Assembly (NCBI GenBank): GCA_038087875.1 | Contig: CM075989.1 | Location: 434,001 to 498,000, forward strand | Direction: 5' to 3' | Length of the DNA: 64,000 bases | Origin: Malacoraja senta | Taxonomy: Eukaryota | In this document: in pieces, positions 41,241-53,224 of the stretch | Layout of the letters: the number at the start of each line of letters is the position of its first letter | Numbering within the stretch: the first letter of the stretch is position 1 | Position numbers and translations under genes: made by a program | The notes under the pieces: generated by a model | What the model saw: only the letters and a program-made list of their open reading frames with translations | Told to the model about the DNA's origin: nothing | The model's database searches: none

Positions 41241-41589
41241 CGAGGTCTCCCACTTGCTTCCTCACCCCCCCTTCTCCCCTCTCCCCCTCCGTTCTCCCCA
41301 TCTCCTCACTTCCACCATCCTCATCCCACTTCCCCCCTTGCCTCCTCACCATCTCTCTCCTTCCCCCCTCATCTATCCCCCCTTCAAGCACTAGTAATGT
41401 TTACGCGTTAGTAATGTCCTGTTTTTCAGCTTGTTGACCCTCTGTGTTCCCCTCTTGCAGGGTTTAGGAGCCATTGCTGTGGACGGAGAGAAGGGGTACG
41501 TGAGCAGCAATAGACGGCGGCCAGGGTGCCGGTGAGCCCCCCCTCCATCTGCTCAGTATGCGCTCTGAGCTTTGAGGGGCTGAGCTTCG

Positions 41590-42813
41590 ATGGAGGACAA
41601 CATGACGGGGCACAAAAAGGAGAAGCGTTACGAGTGTGACGTGTGTGGCAAGGCCTGGCAGTACCCAAGCCGGCTGGAGATCCACCGACGGGTGCACACG
41701 GGAGAACGCCCCTTCAACTGCTCTGACTGCGGCAAGAGCTTCAAGACGACGCAGGAACTGAAGCTCCATCGGCGAGTGCACACGGGCGAAAAGCCCTATG
41801 GCTGCTCCACGTGTGGCAAGAAATTTGCCAAGTTGTCTGGGCTGCAGGTGCACGGGCGGGTGCACACGGGTGAGAAGCCCTATGACTGCTCCACCTGCGG
41901 CAAGAGCTTTGCCCGGTTGTCGGGGCTGCGGGAGCACCGGCGGGTGCATAGCAGTGAGCGGCCCTTCACCTGCTACGACTGCGGCAAAGGCTTCAAGTGG
42001 TCCATGCACCTGAAGGTGCACAGGCGCCTGCACACTGGGGAGCGGCCCTACACCTGCAGTGACTGCGGCATGGGCTTCACCTGCTCCAACAGCCTTCTGG
42101 AGCACCAGCGCACCCACACCGGCGAGCGCCCCTACACCTGCGCCCAGTGCGGCCAGGGCTTCATCCGCTCCACCAAACTGCTGGAGCATCAGCGCACCCA
42201 CACTGGCGAGCGCCCCTTCACCTGCGCCCAGTGCGGCAAGGGCTTCACCCGCTCCAACAACCTGCTGGAGCACCAGCGTATCCACACCGGCGAGCGCCCC
42301 TATACCTGCACCCAGTGCGGCAAGGGCTTCACCCGCTCCCACCGCCTGCTGGAGCACCAGCGCACCCACACCGGTGAGCGCCCCTTCACCTGCGCTCAGT
42401 GCGGCAAGGGCTTCACCCGCTCCACCTATCTGCTGTCCCATCAGCGGGTGCACGCTGGCGACTGTCCCTTCCCCAGCCCGGTGTGTGGAGAGCACTTTGC
42501 CATGGCCTCCCATTCCCTGTCTCTCCAGCGCGTGCACACAAGTGGCCAGCCATACGACTGCCCGTATTGCGGTGAGGCGTTTGACTGCTCGCGGGCGTTG
42601 CGGCTGCACCGGCGGGACCACGCCGGCGATCTACTGCTCCCATCGCGGCAAGCATTTCAAGAGGGCACGGGGACTGCGGGAGCACCAGCGGATACACAGA
42701 CCATGATGGAGAAGGTGAGAAGAGACTACGATGGCAGTATAAAACTGGCCCATCATTGCGTGTGGATGTACAATGATGCCGCTGGAAGTGCATCCTCTGT
42801 TGGGCCTTTTTGA
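41590..42813 (+). CDS. C2H2 zinc-finger protein, 407 aa, 11 canonical + 1 degenerate fingers, no recognisable effector domain
   Basis: Tandem CxxC..HxxxH with TGERP/TGEKP linkers; splice acceptor ..cctcttgcag ending at 41460. Confidence 0.92.
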   Translation: MEDNMTGHKKEKRYECDVCGKAWQYPSRLEIHRRVHTGERPFNCSDCGKSFKTTQELKLHRRVHTGEKPYGCSTCGKKFAKLSGLQVHGRVHTGEKPYDCSTCGKSFARLSGLREHRRVHSSERPFTCYDCGKGFKWSMHLKVHRRLHTGERPYTCSDCGMGFTCSNSLLEHQRTHTGERPYTCAQCGQGFIRSTKLLEHQRTHTGERPFTCAQCGKGFTRSNNLLEHQRIHTGERPYTCTQCGKGFTRSHRLLEHQRTHTGERPFTCAQCGKGFTRSTYLLSHQRVHAGDCPFPSPVCGEHFAMASHSLSLQRVHTSGQPYDCPYCGEAFDCSRALRLHRRDHAGDLLLPSRQAFQEGTGTAGAPADTQTMMEKVRRDYDGSIKLAHHCVWMYNDAAGSASSVGPF

Positions 42814-43518
42814 CAGTGGAGTCGATGGTGTCCTCCCGTTGATCTGTTCAACATTGATCTATCCTACATTTTTATTGAACTCCATTCCCTTTGTCCTGTT
42901 TTCACTCCTTACGCTTCCTTTTCTCTGCACCTCCCATCTGACTGAAGAAGCGTCTCGACCCGAAATATCGCGCTGTGTGACCATCTTCCCATGATGCTTG
43001 CCGCCACCTCCCCCATTGACTCTGCGCAATGGCAGGGGGCGGGGCCGACAGTCCCCCTCGGATTGGCGGCGACGTCAGGGCGGCAGTCGTACGTGCCATC
43101 CGTGAGTGCGCTGACGTCACAACGCAGGGCGGGCGGATGTGCGGGCAGGCCACTCGCCTTTGTTCCCTGCTGCTCGGTGCTCATCCCGTTCCCCACTTCC
43201 ACCCCTCACCCCTCTAACCCCCTCACCCCCACCCTCTCCCAATCCCTCACTTCCCACATGACCCTCTCCTCCCGCCACCCCCCATGACTCCCACACCCTC
43301 TTCAAGCATTAGTAATGTTCATGCTTTAGCAATGTCCTGTTTGCCAGCTTGTTGACCCTCTGTGTTCCCCTCCTGCAGGGTTTAGGAGCGGTTGCGGTGG
43401 TCAGAGAGACGGGGACGTGAGCGGCCATTGAGGGTGGCCAGGGTGCCGGTGTGTCCTCTCCCCATCTGCTTCGTGTGTGGGCTGAGATTTGAGGGGCTGA
43501 GCTTCGAAGGAGGAAAAC

Positions 43519-44196
43519 ATGGCGGGGCACAACAAGGAGAAGTATTATGAGTATGACGTGTGTGGCAAGGCCTGGCAGCTCCTCAGCCAGTTGGATATCC
43601 ACCGGCGGGTGCACACAGGAGAACGCCCCGTCGACTGCTCAGAGTGCAGGAAGAACTTCACCCGCTACGACAACCTGCTGCGGCACAACCGCATGCACTC
43701 CGGCGAGAGGCCCTTCACATGCTCCGAATGCGGCAAGAGCTTCAAGACGACGCATGAGCTGAAGATGCACCGGCGGGTGCGCAGGCGCGAGAAACCCATT
43801 CGGCTGCTCCACCTGTGTAAAGGGCTTTGCCCGGTTATCGGGATTGCGGGAGCACAGCAGTGAGTGGCCCTTCACCTGCTCCGACAGGTGAAGGGCTTCA
43901 AGTCGTCGCAGGAACTGAAGGTGTACAGGTGCCTGCACACCGGCGAGCGCCCCTACACCTGTGCCCAGTGCGGCAAGGGCTACACCCGATCCTCCAAGCT
44001 GCTGTCCCACCAGCGGGTGCACACCGGCGACCGTCCCTTCACCAGGCCCTTCGGCTGCTCCGACTGCGGCAAGAACTTCAAGACAGCGTATGACCTGAAG
44101 GTCCACCGGCGAGTGCACACGGGAGAGAAGCCCTTTGGCTGCTCCACCTGCGGCAGGAGCTTTGCCTGGTTGTTGGGGCTGCGGGTGCACCGGCGG
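43519..44196 (+). pseudogene. C2H2 ZNF paralog, frameshifted and truncated by an LTR-like element
   Basis: MAGHNKEKYYEYDVCGK start; fingers spread over several frames; same upstream acceptor sequence as the 41590 gene. Confidence 0.88.
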
Positions 44197-45256
44197 TGTG
44201 GAAGAAAACTTAATATCCTTCGTTACTTAATTTTGATTGGAATTGAACAAGAGACTAGATAGTTACAAGAAACAGGAGGAAGGTAGAAATTGGAGTATGA
44301 AATCCAACAAACAACTTTCGCACAGAACACAGTGAACTCGCCGCTGTAAGTAAGTTCCTTATCTGATTAGAATGTTGTGTTTGTGCCCTTCTCATGCACA
44401 AGGAGGTATCTCTTTGCTTGCTCAAGGGCGAGTTCCAAACAAAATTATAATCGGACATATATGGCTCCATTTTTGCAACTGATTAATGAGAGAAAATCTT
44501 AATATCTTTTGTTACTCTAAGTGTTGATCATAAAGATCAACTAGGAGGGAACGGTGGAAGAAAAATTAATATCCTTCCTTATTTAATTTTGATTAGATTT
44601 GAATAAGGTAACGAAAGAGTGTATTGGATGTGACAATTGGCAGCTCTCGCTTGACCAGGTGCAGACGTGGTTGTGGGAATCGGCAAAGTAAGATTAGACG
44701 TATTACCTCGTGTCTGGAAATGTGTTGAAGGGTGGATGGTAAATGTAAATATGAAATAGCAGAGCAAGATAACAAAGCTTGTTTACTCTTCTGTGAGGAG
44801 TTACAGTAGATCACCCGCGCCCCCTACCGCTAGTAGCGTAGATATGTTGCAGTAAATGGGAGGCTTACGATTGGCTTGGAGAGGGGATGGTGGCTTGCAC
44901 CGCTTGAAAGATGACATAGAATAATGTCAAAATGCCCTTGTATTGTGTTTGACTTGTATTCACCATCTGTTGTTGAAATAAGATCAACTCAAGTGAAAAG
45001 TATGTTATGACTAGTGAAATAATTGGTACCAATGTAGTAGATAGTATATTTTCATATAGTTGTACCTAACAAAAAAAAAATATTGTTTACTGCACAGAAT
45101 AACTGTCGGCTAATTCTGCTGTGAAGTCAGAGAACTGGTGAGCAGTTTCCTGCCGCCATCTCTCCATGATATCATGCAATAAAATCTCAAAGAAAATCTG
45201 CAAAGTCTCCGCTTTTCATTTTCCTTGAACTTCCCTCTAAATTAAATTCTCCCACA
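44197..45256 (+). mobile_element. Putative solo LTR (about 1.06 kb)
   Basis: TGTGGAAGAA..TTCTCCCACA inverted ends (9/10), AATAAA at 45178, internal direct repeats; no TSD found. Confidence 0.6.
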
Positions 45257-45739
45257 AAAAAGAGACATTTATTTCATTTGAATACAACTTGGCTCCAGCG
45301 GGTTAATGAACAAAAGTCCTTGTTTACCGCAGCCGGAGTTTTGCAGACTTCCAAGGGTGGAGGGCGAGGTCCCACCATTCAGAGTTGAGGGGAAACAGGC
45401 GGGGGACGGGAAGCGGTGACTCCGGATTAATCCTGACGCCTTTTGCCAACGAGAAGAAGACAGGAATGACAAAGAGATGGCCCACAGGGTGGGGTGTCTC
45501 CTTAATTTGGACAATTCAATGTTCATGTCATTGGGCTCTGAGCTATGAAGTGCTATTCCTCTAGTTTGCATGTCACCTCACTCAGGCAATGGAGGAGGAC
45601 CAGGACCGAAAGATCAGTGTGGGAGTGGAAAGGGGAGTTAAAATAGTTCGCTACTGGGAGACTCAGTAGGTTTTGGCGGACCGAGAGCAATTGCGGATAT
45701 GGACCAAACGCAGGCAGGTGGGACTAGTGTAGCTGGGCC

Positions 45740-46352
45740 TTGCCACAGAGCGGGCAGGCAAAATGGTGCTGGCCAGTGTGGACTAGCCGGTGCTCCAGCA
45801 GGTGGTCAAGGCGGGTGAATCCCTTACCACAGGACGGGCTGGTGAAGGGACGCTCACTGCTGTGGGTACGCCGGTGCTGCTAAAGGCTGGACTTGCAGGT
45901 GAAACCCTTGGCACACTCAGCGCGCACAAAGGGTCACTCTCCGGTGTATATCGCTGGTGCTCCCGCAGCCCCTGTGCGCTCTTGAAACACTTGCCGCAGT
46001 GGGCGCAGGTCTAGGTGCACTTGCCGGTGTGGGTGTGCCGGTGCTCCAGCAGGCTGTTGAAGCGGGTGAAACCCTTGCCGCAATCGCTGCAGGTGCCCAG
46101 TGCGCAGGCGCCTGGGCACCTTCAGGTGCGTGGACGACTTGAAGCCTTGCCGCAGTCGGAGCAGGTGAACGGCCGCTCACTGCTGTGCTCCCGCAGCCTT
46201 GATAACCGGGCAAAGCTCTTTCCACAGGTGGAGCAACCAAAGGCCCTCTTGCCCGTGTGCACCCGCCGGTGGGTCTCCAGCCGGCCTGGCTTCTGCCAGG
46301 CGTTGCCACACACTTCACGCTCATAATGCTTCTCCTTGTTGTGCCCCGTCAT
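45740..46352 (-). pseudogene. C2H2 ZNF paralog, inverted, heavily decayed
   Basis: MTGHNKEKHYEREVCGNAW..HRRVHTGK; frameshifts; shared acceptor region at about 46490-46540. Confidence 0.85.
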
Positions 46353-46589
46353 GTGGTCCTCTGCCGATGCTCAGCCCGTACGCCGAGCAGATGGGGATGG
46401 GGGGGAGGGGGGGGGTCATCGGCACCATGGCTGCCCTCAATGGCCGCTCACATCCCCGTCTCTCCATCCACGGCAATGGCTCCTAAACTCTGCAGGAGGG
46501 GAACACAGAGGGTTAATAAGCTGGCAAACAGGACATTACTAACACATATTGCATGTGTTTATGGCAGAAGAAATCGTAATTATAATTCT

Positions 46590-46895
46590 GGGCTGCACAG
46601 TGGCACAGCTGCTGCCTCACCGCCGGAGGACCGGGTTCGATCCTGACCATGGGTGATGTCTGTGCGGAGTTTCAACGTTCTTCCCTTGACCTGCATGGGT
46701 TTTTACTCCAGATGCTCCGGTGTCCTCCCCAACACTTCAAAGACGTTCAGAGATGAAGATTAATCGGCCTCTGCAAAATTGTTAAATTGTCCCTAATGTG
46801 CGTAGGATAGGGCTAGTGTACGGGGTGATCGTTGGTCGGCGCAGACTCTATGGGCTGAAAGACCTGTTTCCGCGCTGCATCTCTAAACTAAATTA
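46590..46895 (+). mobile_element. V-SINE
   Basis: GGTTCGATCC B box, degenerate core, CTAAACTAAA tail. Confidence 0.75.
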
Positions 46896-47039
46896 AAGAA
46901 CTGTCTCGACCCAAACGTCACCCATTCCACTCCACAGATGCTGCCTGACCCGCTGAGTTCCTCTAACACTTTTCGTGTCAATCATCTCTGCAGATGCTGC
47001 CTGACCTGCTGAGTTACTCCAGCACTTTGTCATAAAATC

Positions 47040-49800
47040 ATAGTCATACAGTGTGGAAACAGGCCCTTCAGCCCAACGCCCACACCTTCCAACATGTCAC
47101 ATCTACACTAGTCCCACCTGCCTGCGCTTGGTCCATATCCCTCCGAACCTGTCCTATCCATGCACCTGTCTAACTGTTTCTTAAACAATGAGATAGTCCC
47201 AGCCTCAACTACCTCATTTGCAGTTTGTTCAATAATCCCACCACCCATTTGAGTGAAAAGGTTACTCAGATTCCGATTAAAACTTTTCCCCTTCACCTTG
47301 AACCCATGTCCTCTGATCCTCGATTCCCCTACTCTGGGCAAGAGACTTTGTGCATCTCTGTACAGCAGGCAGTGAAGAAAGCGAATGGCATGTTGGCCTT
47401 CATAACATGAGTTGAGTATAGGAGCAAAGATCTGCAGTTGTACAGGGGCCCTAGTGAGGCCACACCTGGAGTATTGTGTGCAGTTTTGGTCTCCAAATTT
47501 GAGGAAGGCATTCTTGCTATTGAGGGAGTGAAGCGTAGGTTCACCAGGTTAATTCCCAGGATGGCAGGACTGTCATATGTTGATAGAATGGAGCAACTGG
47601 GCTTGTATAGACTGGAATGTAGGTTGAGAGGGGATCTTATAGACACATATAAGATTACTAAGGGATTATACAATCCATGTCACACCCACCCACCAAGATG
47701 CCTACGGCTTGGTGAACAATGCTGCCTGGAAGATCTAGCGGTGGCAAACGAGAAGGCTGTCCACTGTGCAAGAGCCTGGCCGAACATTTGAAACATAGAT
47801 GATGGACATGAATGAAGATTAAGGGATTGGACACGCTAGAGGCAGAAAACATGTCTTGCCATTGAGGGAGTGCAGCATAGGTTCACCAGGTTAATTTCTG
47901 GGATGGCGGGACTGTCATACTAGGGCACTGTACAATTGCAGAAGGACCTCTTTGATCCTATACTCAACTCCTCTTGTTATGAAGGCCAACATGCCATTCC
48001 CGGGATGGCGGTACTGTCATATGCTGAGAGAATGGAGCAGCTGGGCTTGTATACACTGGAATTTAGAAGGATGAGAGGGAACTTATTGAAACATATCAGA
48101 TTATTAAGGGTTTGGACACGCTAGAGGCAGGAAACATGTTCCCGATGTTGGGGGGAGTCCAGAACCAGGGGACTCAGTTTAAGAATAAGGGGTAAGCCAT
48201 TTAGAACGGAGACGAGGAAACACTGTTTCTCACAGAGAGTTGTGAGTCTGTGGAATTCACTGCCTCAGAGGGTGCTGGAGGCTCATTCCCTGGATACTTT
48301 CAAGAGAGCTAGTTAGGGCTCTTAAAGATAGCGGAGTCAGGGGATATCGGGAGAAGGCAGGAATGGGGTATTGATTGTGGATGATCAGCCACGATCACAA
48401 TGAATGGCGGTGCTGGCGCGAAGGGCCGAATGGCCTACTCCTGTACCTATTGTCTGCCTGCCAGGATATTGCGACCCCTCCAGTTAAGGAGCAATCCGCC
48501 CCTTTAGAACAGGTCACCCCTGCCCCAGAAAATGGTCCACATACCTAAATCCTCAGCCACATGTGGCAAGTAAAATGGATGAATGGGTGCCAGTCGATGT
48601 AGTGTATCTAGACTTTCAGAAAGCCTTTGATAATGTCCCGCACCGGAGATTGTTGGCTTAAATTAGCGCACATGGTATTGGGGGTAGGGTGTTGACATGG
48701 ATAGAAAATTGGTTGGCAGACCGGAAGCAAAGAGTAGGAGTGAACGGGTCCTTTTCAGAATGGCAGGCAGTGGCGAGTGGAGTGCCGCAAGGCTCGGTGT
48801 TGGGGCCGCAACTGTTTACCATATATATTAATGATTTGGAAGAGGGAATTAGGAGCAACACTGGCAAGTTTGCGGGTGACACAAAGCTGGGTGGCAGTAT
48901 GAACTGTGAAGAGGATGTTAGGAGTTTGCTGGGTGACCTGGAGAGGTTGAGTGAGTGGGCAGATGCGTGGCAGATGCAGTATAATATAAATAAATGTGAG
49001 GTTATCCAATTTGGCGGCAAAAACATGGGGGCAGATTATTATCCCAATGGGGTTAGGTTGGGTAAGGGGGAGGTGCAGCGAGACCTGGGCGTCCTTGTAC
49101 ACCAGTCACTGAAAGTCGGCTTACACGTACAGCAGGCAGTGAAGAAAGCTAATGGAATGTTGGCCTTCATAACAAGAGGATTTCAGTATAGGAGTAAAGA
49201 GGTTCTTCTGCAGTTGTATAGGGCTCTGGTAAGACCACATCTGGAGTATTGTGTACAGTTTTGGTCTCCTAATTTGAGGAAGGACATCCTTGTGATTGAG
49301 GCAGTGCAGCGTAGGTTCACAAGATTGATCCCTGGAGTGGCGGGACTGTCATATGAGGAAAGATTGAAAAGACTAGGCTTGTATTCACTGGAGTTTAGAA
49401 GGATGAGGGGGATCTTATAGAAACATATACAATTATAAGAGGACTGGACAAGCTAGATGCAGGAAACATGTTCACAATGTGGGGCAAGTCCAGAACCAGG
49501 GGGCCACAGTCTTAGAATAAAGGGGAGGTCATTTAAGACTGAGGTGAGAACAAACTTTTTTACCCAGAGAGTTGTGAATTTATGGAATTCCCTGCCACAG
49601 AGGGCAGTGGAGGCCAAGTCACTGGATGGATTTAAGAGAGAGTTAAATAGAGCTCTAGGGGCTAGTGGAGTCAAGGGATATGGGGAGAAGGCAGGCACAG
49701 GTTATTGATAGGGGACAATCAGCCATGATCACAATGAATGGTGGTGCTGGCTCGAATGGCCGAATGGCCTCCTTCTGCACCTAGTTTTTATGTTTCTAAG
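47040..49800. mobile_element. Cluster of CR1 RT/3' fragments (mostly +)
   Basis: ORF 48689-49420 (GVPQGSVLGP, QQAVKKANGMLAFI) and several CR1 termini. Confidence 0.88.
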
Positions 49801-50130
49801 GGGAGAAAGAGCGAGAGAGAGAAGGGGAGAGGGGGTGAGAGAGAGAGAAGGGGGTGAGAGAAAGAAGGGGGAGAGAGAGAGAAGGGGGGGAAGAGACAAG
49901 GGGAGGGAGAGAGAAAAGGGGGAGGGGAGAGAAGGGGAGAGAGAGAAGGGGGAGAGAAGGGGAGAGAGAAGGGGGAGAGAGAGAGAGAAGGGGAGAGAGA
50001 AGAGGGAGAGAGAGAGAGAGAAGGGGGGAGAGAGAGAGAGAGAGAGAAGGGGGAAAGAGAGAGAGAGAGAGAGAAGGGGAGAGAGAGAAGGGGGAGAGAG
50101 AGAGAGAGAGAGAAGGGGGGAGAGAGAGTG
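49800..50130 (+). repeat. Polypurine (GA-rich) tract
   Basis: Units close to GGGGAGAGAGAGAA. Confidence 0.95.
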
Positions 50131-50591
50131 AAACGATGGCACGTTATAACCCCCAACGCACCATGACGGTGTCGAGGCGGCCCGTAAATATGGCGCCAAA
50201 ATCCCCCATGACGCACTGCGCTGTTGGCCGCGAGACCCCTTGCCGGGACCCATCCAGAACCGTCATCTTTCTGTTCCCTCCACAAATGCTGCCTGACCCA
50301 CTGAGTTCTTCCAGCAATTTGTTGTTTTAACCCAAGATTCCAACTCGTGCTGTGTCCTGTATCTTTGTGATAATTTCTAAACTCGTTATTCATGCCTGGT
50401 TTCCAGGGTCTGAGCAGTGGGGGACAACTCCGTCAATGGGTGGGTCTGGGGACGGCTGTCAAAGCCATTCTGTAAGTGCAGGGGCAGTTGGAATCTCTCT
50501 CGAGCTGCCGGGCAGGTGGAGAGATATCAATAACTATTCTTTTTTCCAGACCTGGAGAGTGGGAAACTGACGGGATATGTGGGATCGGACA

Positions 50592-50631
50592 ATGATGGGG
50601 AAATCGTACTTCTTCCTGTCACTTCTCCAAG
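50592..50631 (+). CDS. Signal-peptide exon of a Siglec-like gene (exon about 50550-50631)
   Basis: ATG..MMGKSYFFLSLLQ + G|gtaccg (phase 1), preceded by acceptor ttcttttttccag; joins the V exon in frame to give MMGKSYFFLSLLQAAVSMEW. Confidence 0.72.
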
Positions 50632-50654
50632 GTACCGTCAGCAACAGCTTGTAT

Positions 50655-51697
50655 TAGCAATGTTACAAAATTTTGAGATTTTAAAATAAAGTTTGCAATT
50701 TATCCCATCAGATAAAGCATAAAAAGAAGTTTAATTTTGACACCTAATTCACTTTCATATCTTCAGTATTAAAAAGGTTATGGCCATTTGCATACTCGGA
50801 AATTAGCATCTTGTTCCCTATTGCTTTTCCATTGACTTAACTCAAAAGCTGTGCTCGAGTACAGTCAAAAGCCCATAACTTTCTTAAAAATTAAGAGAAC
50901 TGAAAGAAATTTTCAGTTATTATAGATTGAAGCATTCTGAAACAAATATGAAACAATCTTACTTAGAAGACATGAAATTAAAGCATATAATTAGTTAGTT
51001 ACCTAATTGTAGCTAATTACAAAATTCAATTACTAGATCTAAACATCTATCAATTTCTTAAGAATAGATTAACATTTTTAAATAGCCTAAGTGTCCAAAT
51101 AACATTCACACAAGAATTCACAATATAACATAATTTTTAAATCTCATTGTCATGGATTTACAGGCCAAATGGAAGGAATTGAATGTTTAATACCTGTAAA
51201 TTAATCGGCATTTAAATCATCTTGCAAGTGAGGATTTCTGGAACGTGATCATTTGGAACGTTCATTTGCGGGGAATTTAACCCCGTATCGGCATGAAAAT
51301 ACTGCCGTTAGTTCGGGAAATAAAATCACCGTTTCGCATGAAAAAATGTGAATTAAAGGCTTCTTAAGAAGCACTTTTATACATTAAAATAAACCACTTT
51401 CGTTTACCTGTCCCGTACGTGAAATCCGTCCCCGTTGTCGGCGTTGACGGCTTTAGGAGCTGCTCTTAAAATAACTCCAGCGCTGACATTGTCGATTTAA
51501 TAAAAATAAAAAATACACAAAACGCCCCTAGGAACGATTTTTCAGCAAACGCTTGTACTCCAACGAAATATAATACAGGACAAGGTAGGAGAAACCCGTG
51601 TTTTAACCCCGCCACCCCCCTTAAAGGCGCCAAAATCGCGCACACGGCCAGTGGCAGAATTAAAGCGCCGGTGAAGGTAAGTATTGTAACATACCTA
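50655..51697. mobile_element. hAT-like MITE in the Siglec leader-V intron; further partial copy at 51885-52008
   Basis: Same TIRs as the 35537 copy; CTTGTAT repeated on both flanks. Confidence 0.85.
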
Positions 51698-52219
51698 CTT
51701 GTATGTGTTTATGGCCGACTGTCTGTACATTCTCATGATGGGGAATAACCTCCATCACTGCTACAACCCTCATTCTCTCTGTACCCCTGAGCTTCGCCCA
51801 TTTTCTCCCTTCCTATCCCACGTGCCTGTCCAAATGTCTTTTAAATGTTGTTATTGTACCGGCCTCAACCACTTCCTCGAACAGTAGCAATGTTACAAAA
51901 TTTTGAGATTAAAAAAATCAAGTCTGCAATTTATCCCATCAGATAAAGCAATAAAATAAGTTTAATTTGACACCTAATTCACTTTCATATCTTCAGTATT
52001 AAAAAAGTCTTCCCCTGGGTCAGTGCATGCAAGTTGCAGCAGCTGATCCTCAGTAAGAGAGTAAGTTCACATGCAGTTCACGTTTTCAGAGGCAGAAAAG
52101 CACGAGAAGGTATTCACACACTTTGTCATCCCACAATGCCCAGGATGTGATTCCTACACAATGGAGTCTGGAAGATCCACAAGCCCTCCAGTGCCTAATG
52201 TTGTTCCTTCTCTCCTCAG

Positions 52220-52585
52220 CTGCAGTGTCAATGGAGTGGACAATCAACACTCCATTAGAGGTGACAGCACAGAGGGGTCTGTGTGCCCGGATTCCGTGCC
52301 ACTACAGTTACCCGTCGCGTCTGAACAAAATTACACCGGTTGGAATCTGGATTAATGATGAGAACTGGAACTCTCAGTCTATCGCTTTCCACTCCAGGGA
52401 TCGCAGTAAAGAATCACCAAGGTTTTACCATCAGACCCAGCAGTCTGGAGACCTGAGAGACGGCAACTGTTCCCTGGTTATAGACAGCATCACACAGGAA
52501 GATGAAGGTCCTTATCATTTCAGAATTGATTTAAAGAACAACGATTGTTTCAGCTTCTTCCCTGTAACACGGCTCCGTGTTTCTG
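52220..52585 (+). CDS. Siglec-type V-set Ig domain exon
   Basis: Acceptor ccttctctcctcag, donor G|gtaagt, phase 1-1. W..P..V.AQRGLCARIPC.Y.YP, GDLRDGNCSLVI, DEGPYHFR: Siglec B-E disulfide, interdomain Cys and F-strand Arg. Confidence 0.88.
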
Positions 52586-53224
52586 GTAAGTGTTCTGTAT
52601 AATCAGTCAACAACTGATATTCAGGCAGTAGAAATTAACATAAACTGCGCTTCTGCCCAATGAACACAAACCATAGCTCAGTATCACAGTGTTTGATGGT
52701 TGAACCCTGGCATTGCCCTCAAGTCCAATCTCACCACAATGCTGATACTTCTTCCATGATCATCAGTAAAACATGAGCACTATATGCAGCTATGTTTCCA
52801 GCTGTGATACATGTTGCTAATCACACATTGCTCCAGTAATGTACACAGGAAAGTGGGACTCAAGTTTGTAATCTACTTTGCAATAGCTCAGGATGTTACA
52901 ATATACTTTATAAACAATCAAGTCATCTCTGGTTATAGAATAAATTTCAGGCTGTGATGTTGGAATTGTGAGATGTTGAACTTTGTGAAGTTGAATTCAA
53001 GGGGAATTTAATGGCAAGATCAGTAACGGCATTGGAAATGCAAAGGGATCTTGGAGTCCAAGCCCATAACTCTGAAGGTAGCAACACAAGTAGATCGTGA
53101 GGTAAAGAAGGCTTTTGGTCCGCTTGCCTTAATTCGTAGGAGCATTGAGTATAAGAGCAGGGCTCGAAATTAGCGGTTGCACGGGTGCCAATGGCAACTT
53201 ACAGTCCCGCCGGGCAACCTAAAA

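Noticed and set aside
41464..42706. Antisense and alternate-frame ORFs over the ZNF gene
   Set aside because: Shadow ORFs of GC-rich repetitive finger codons.
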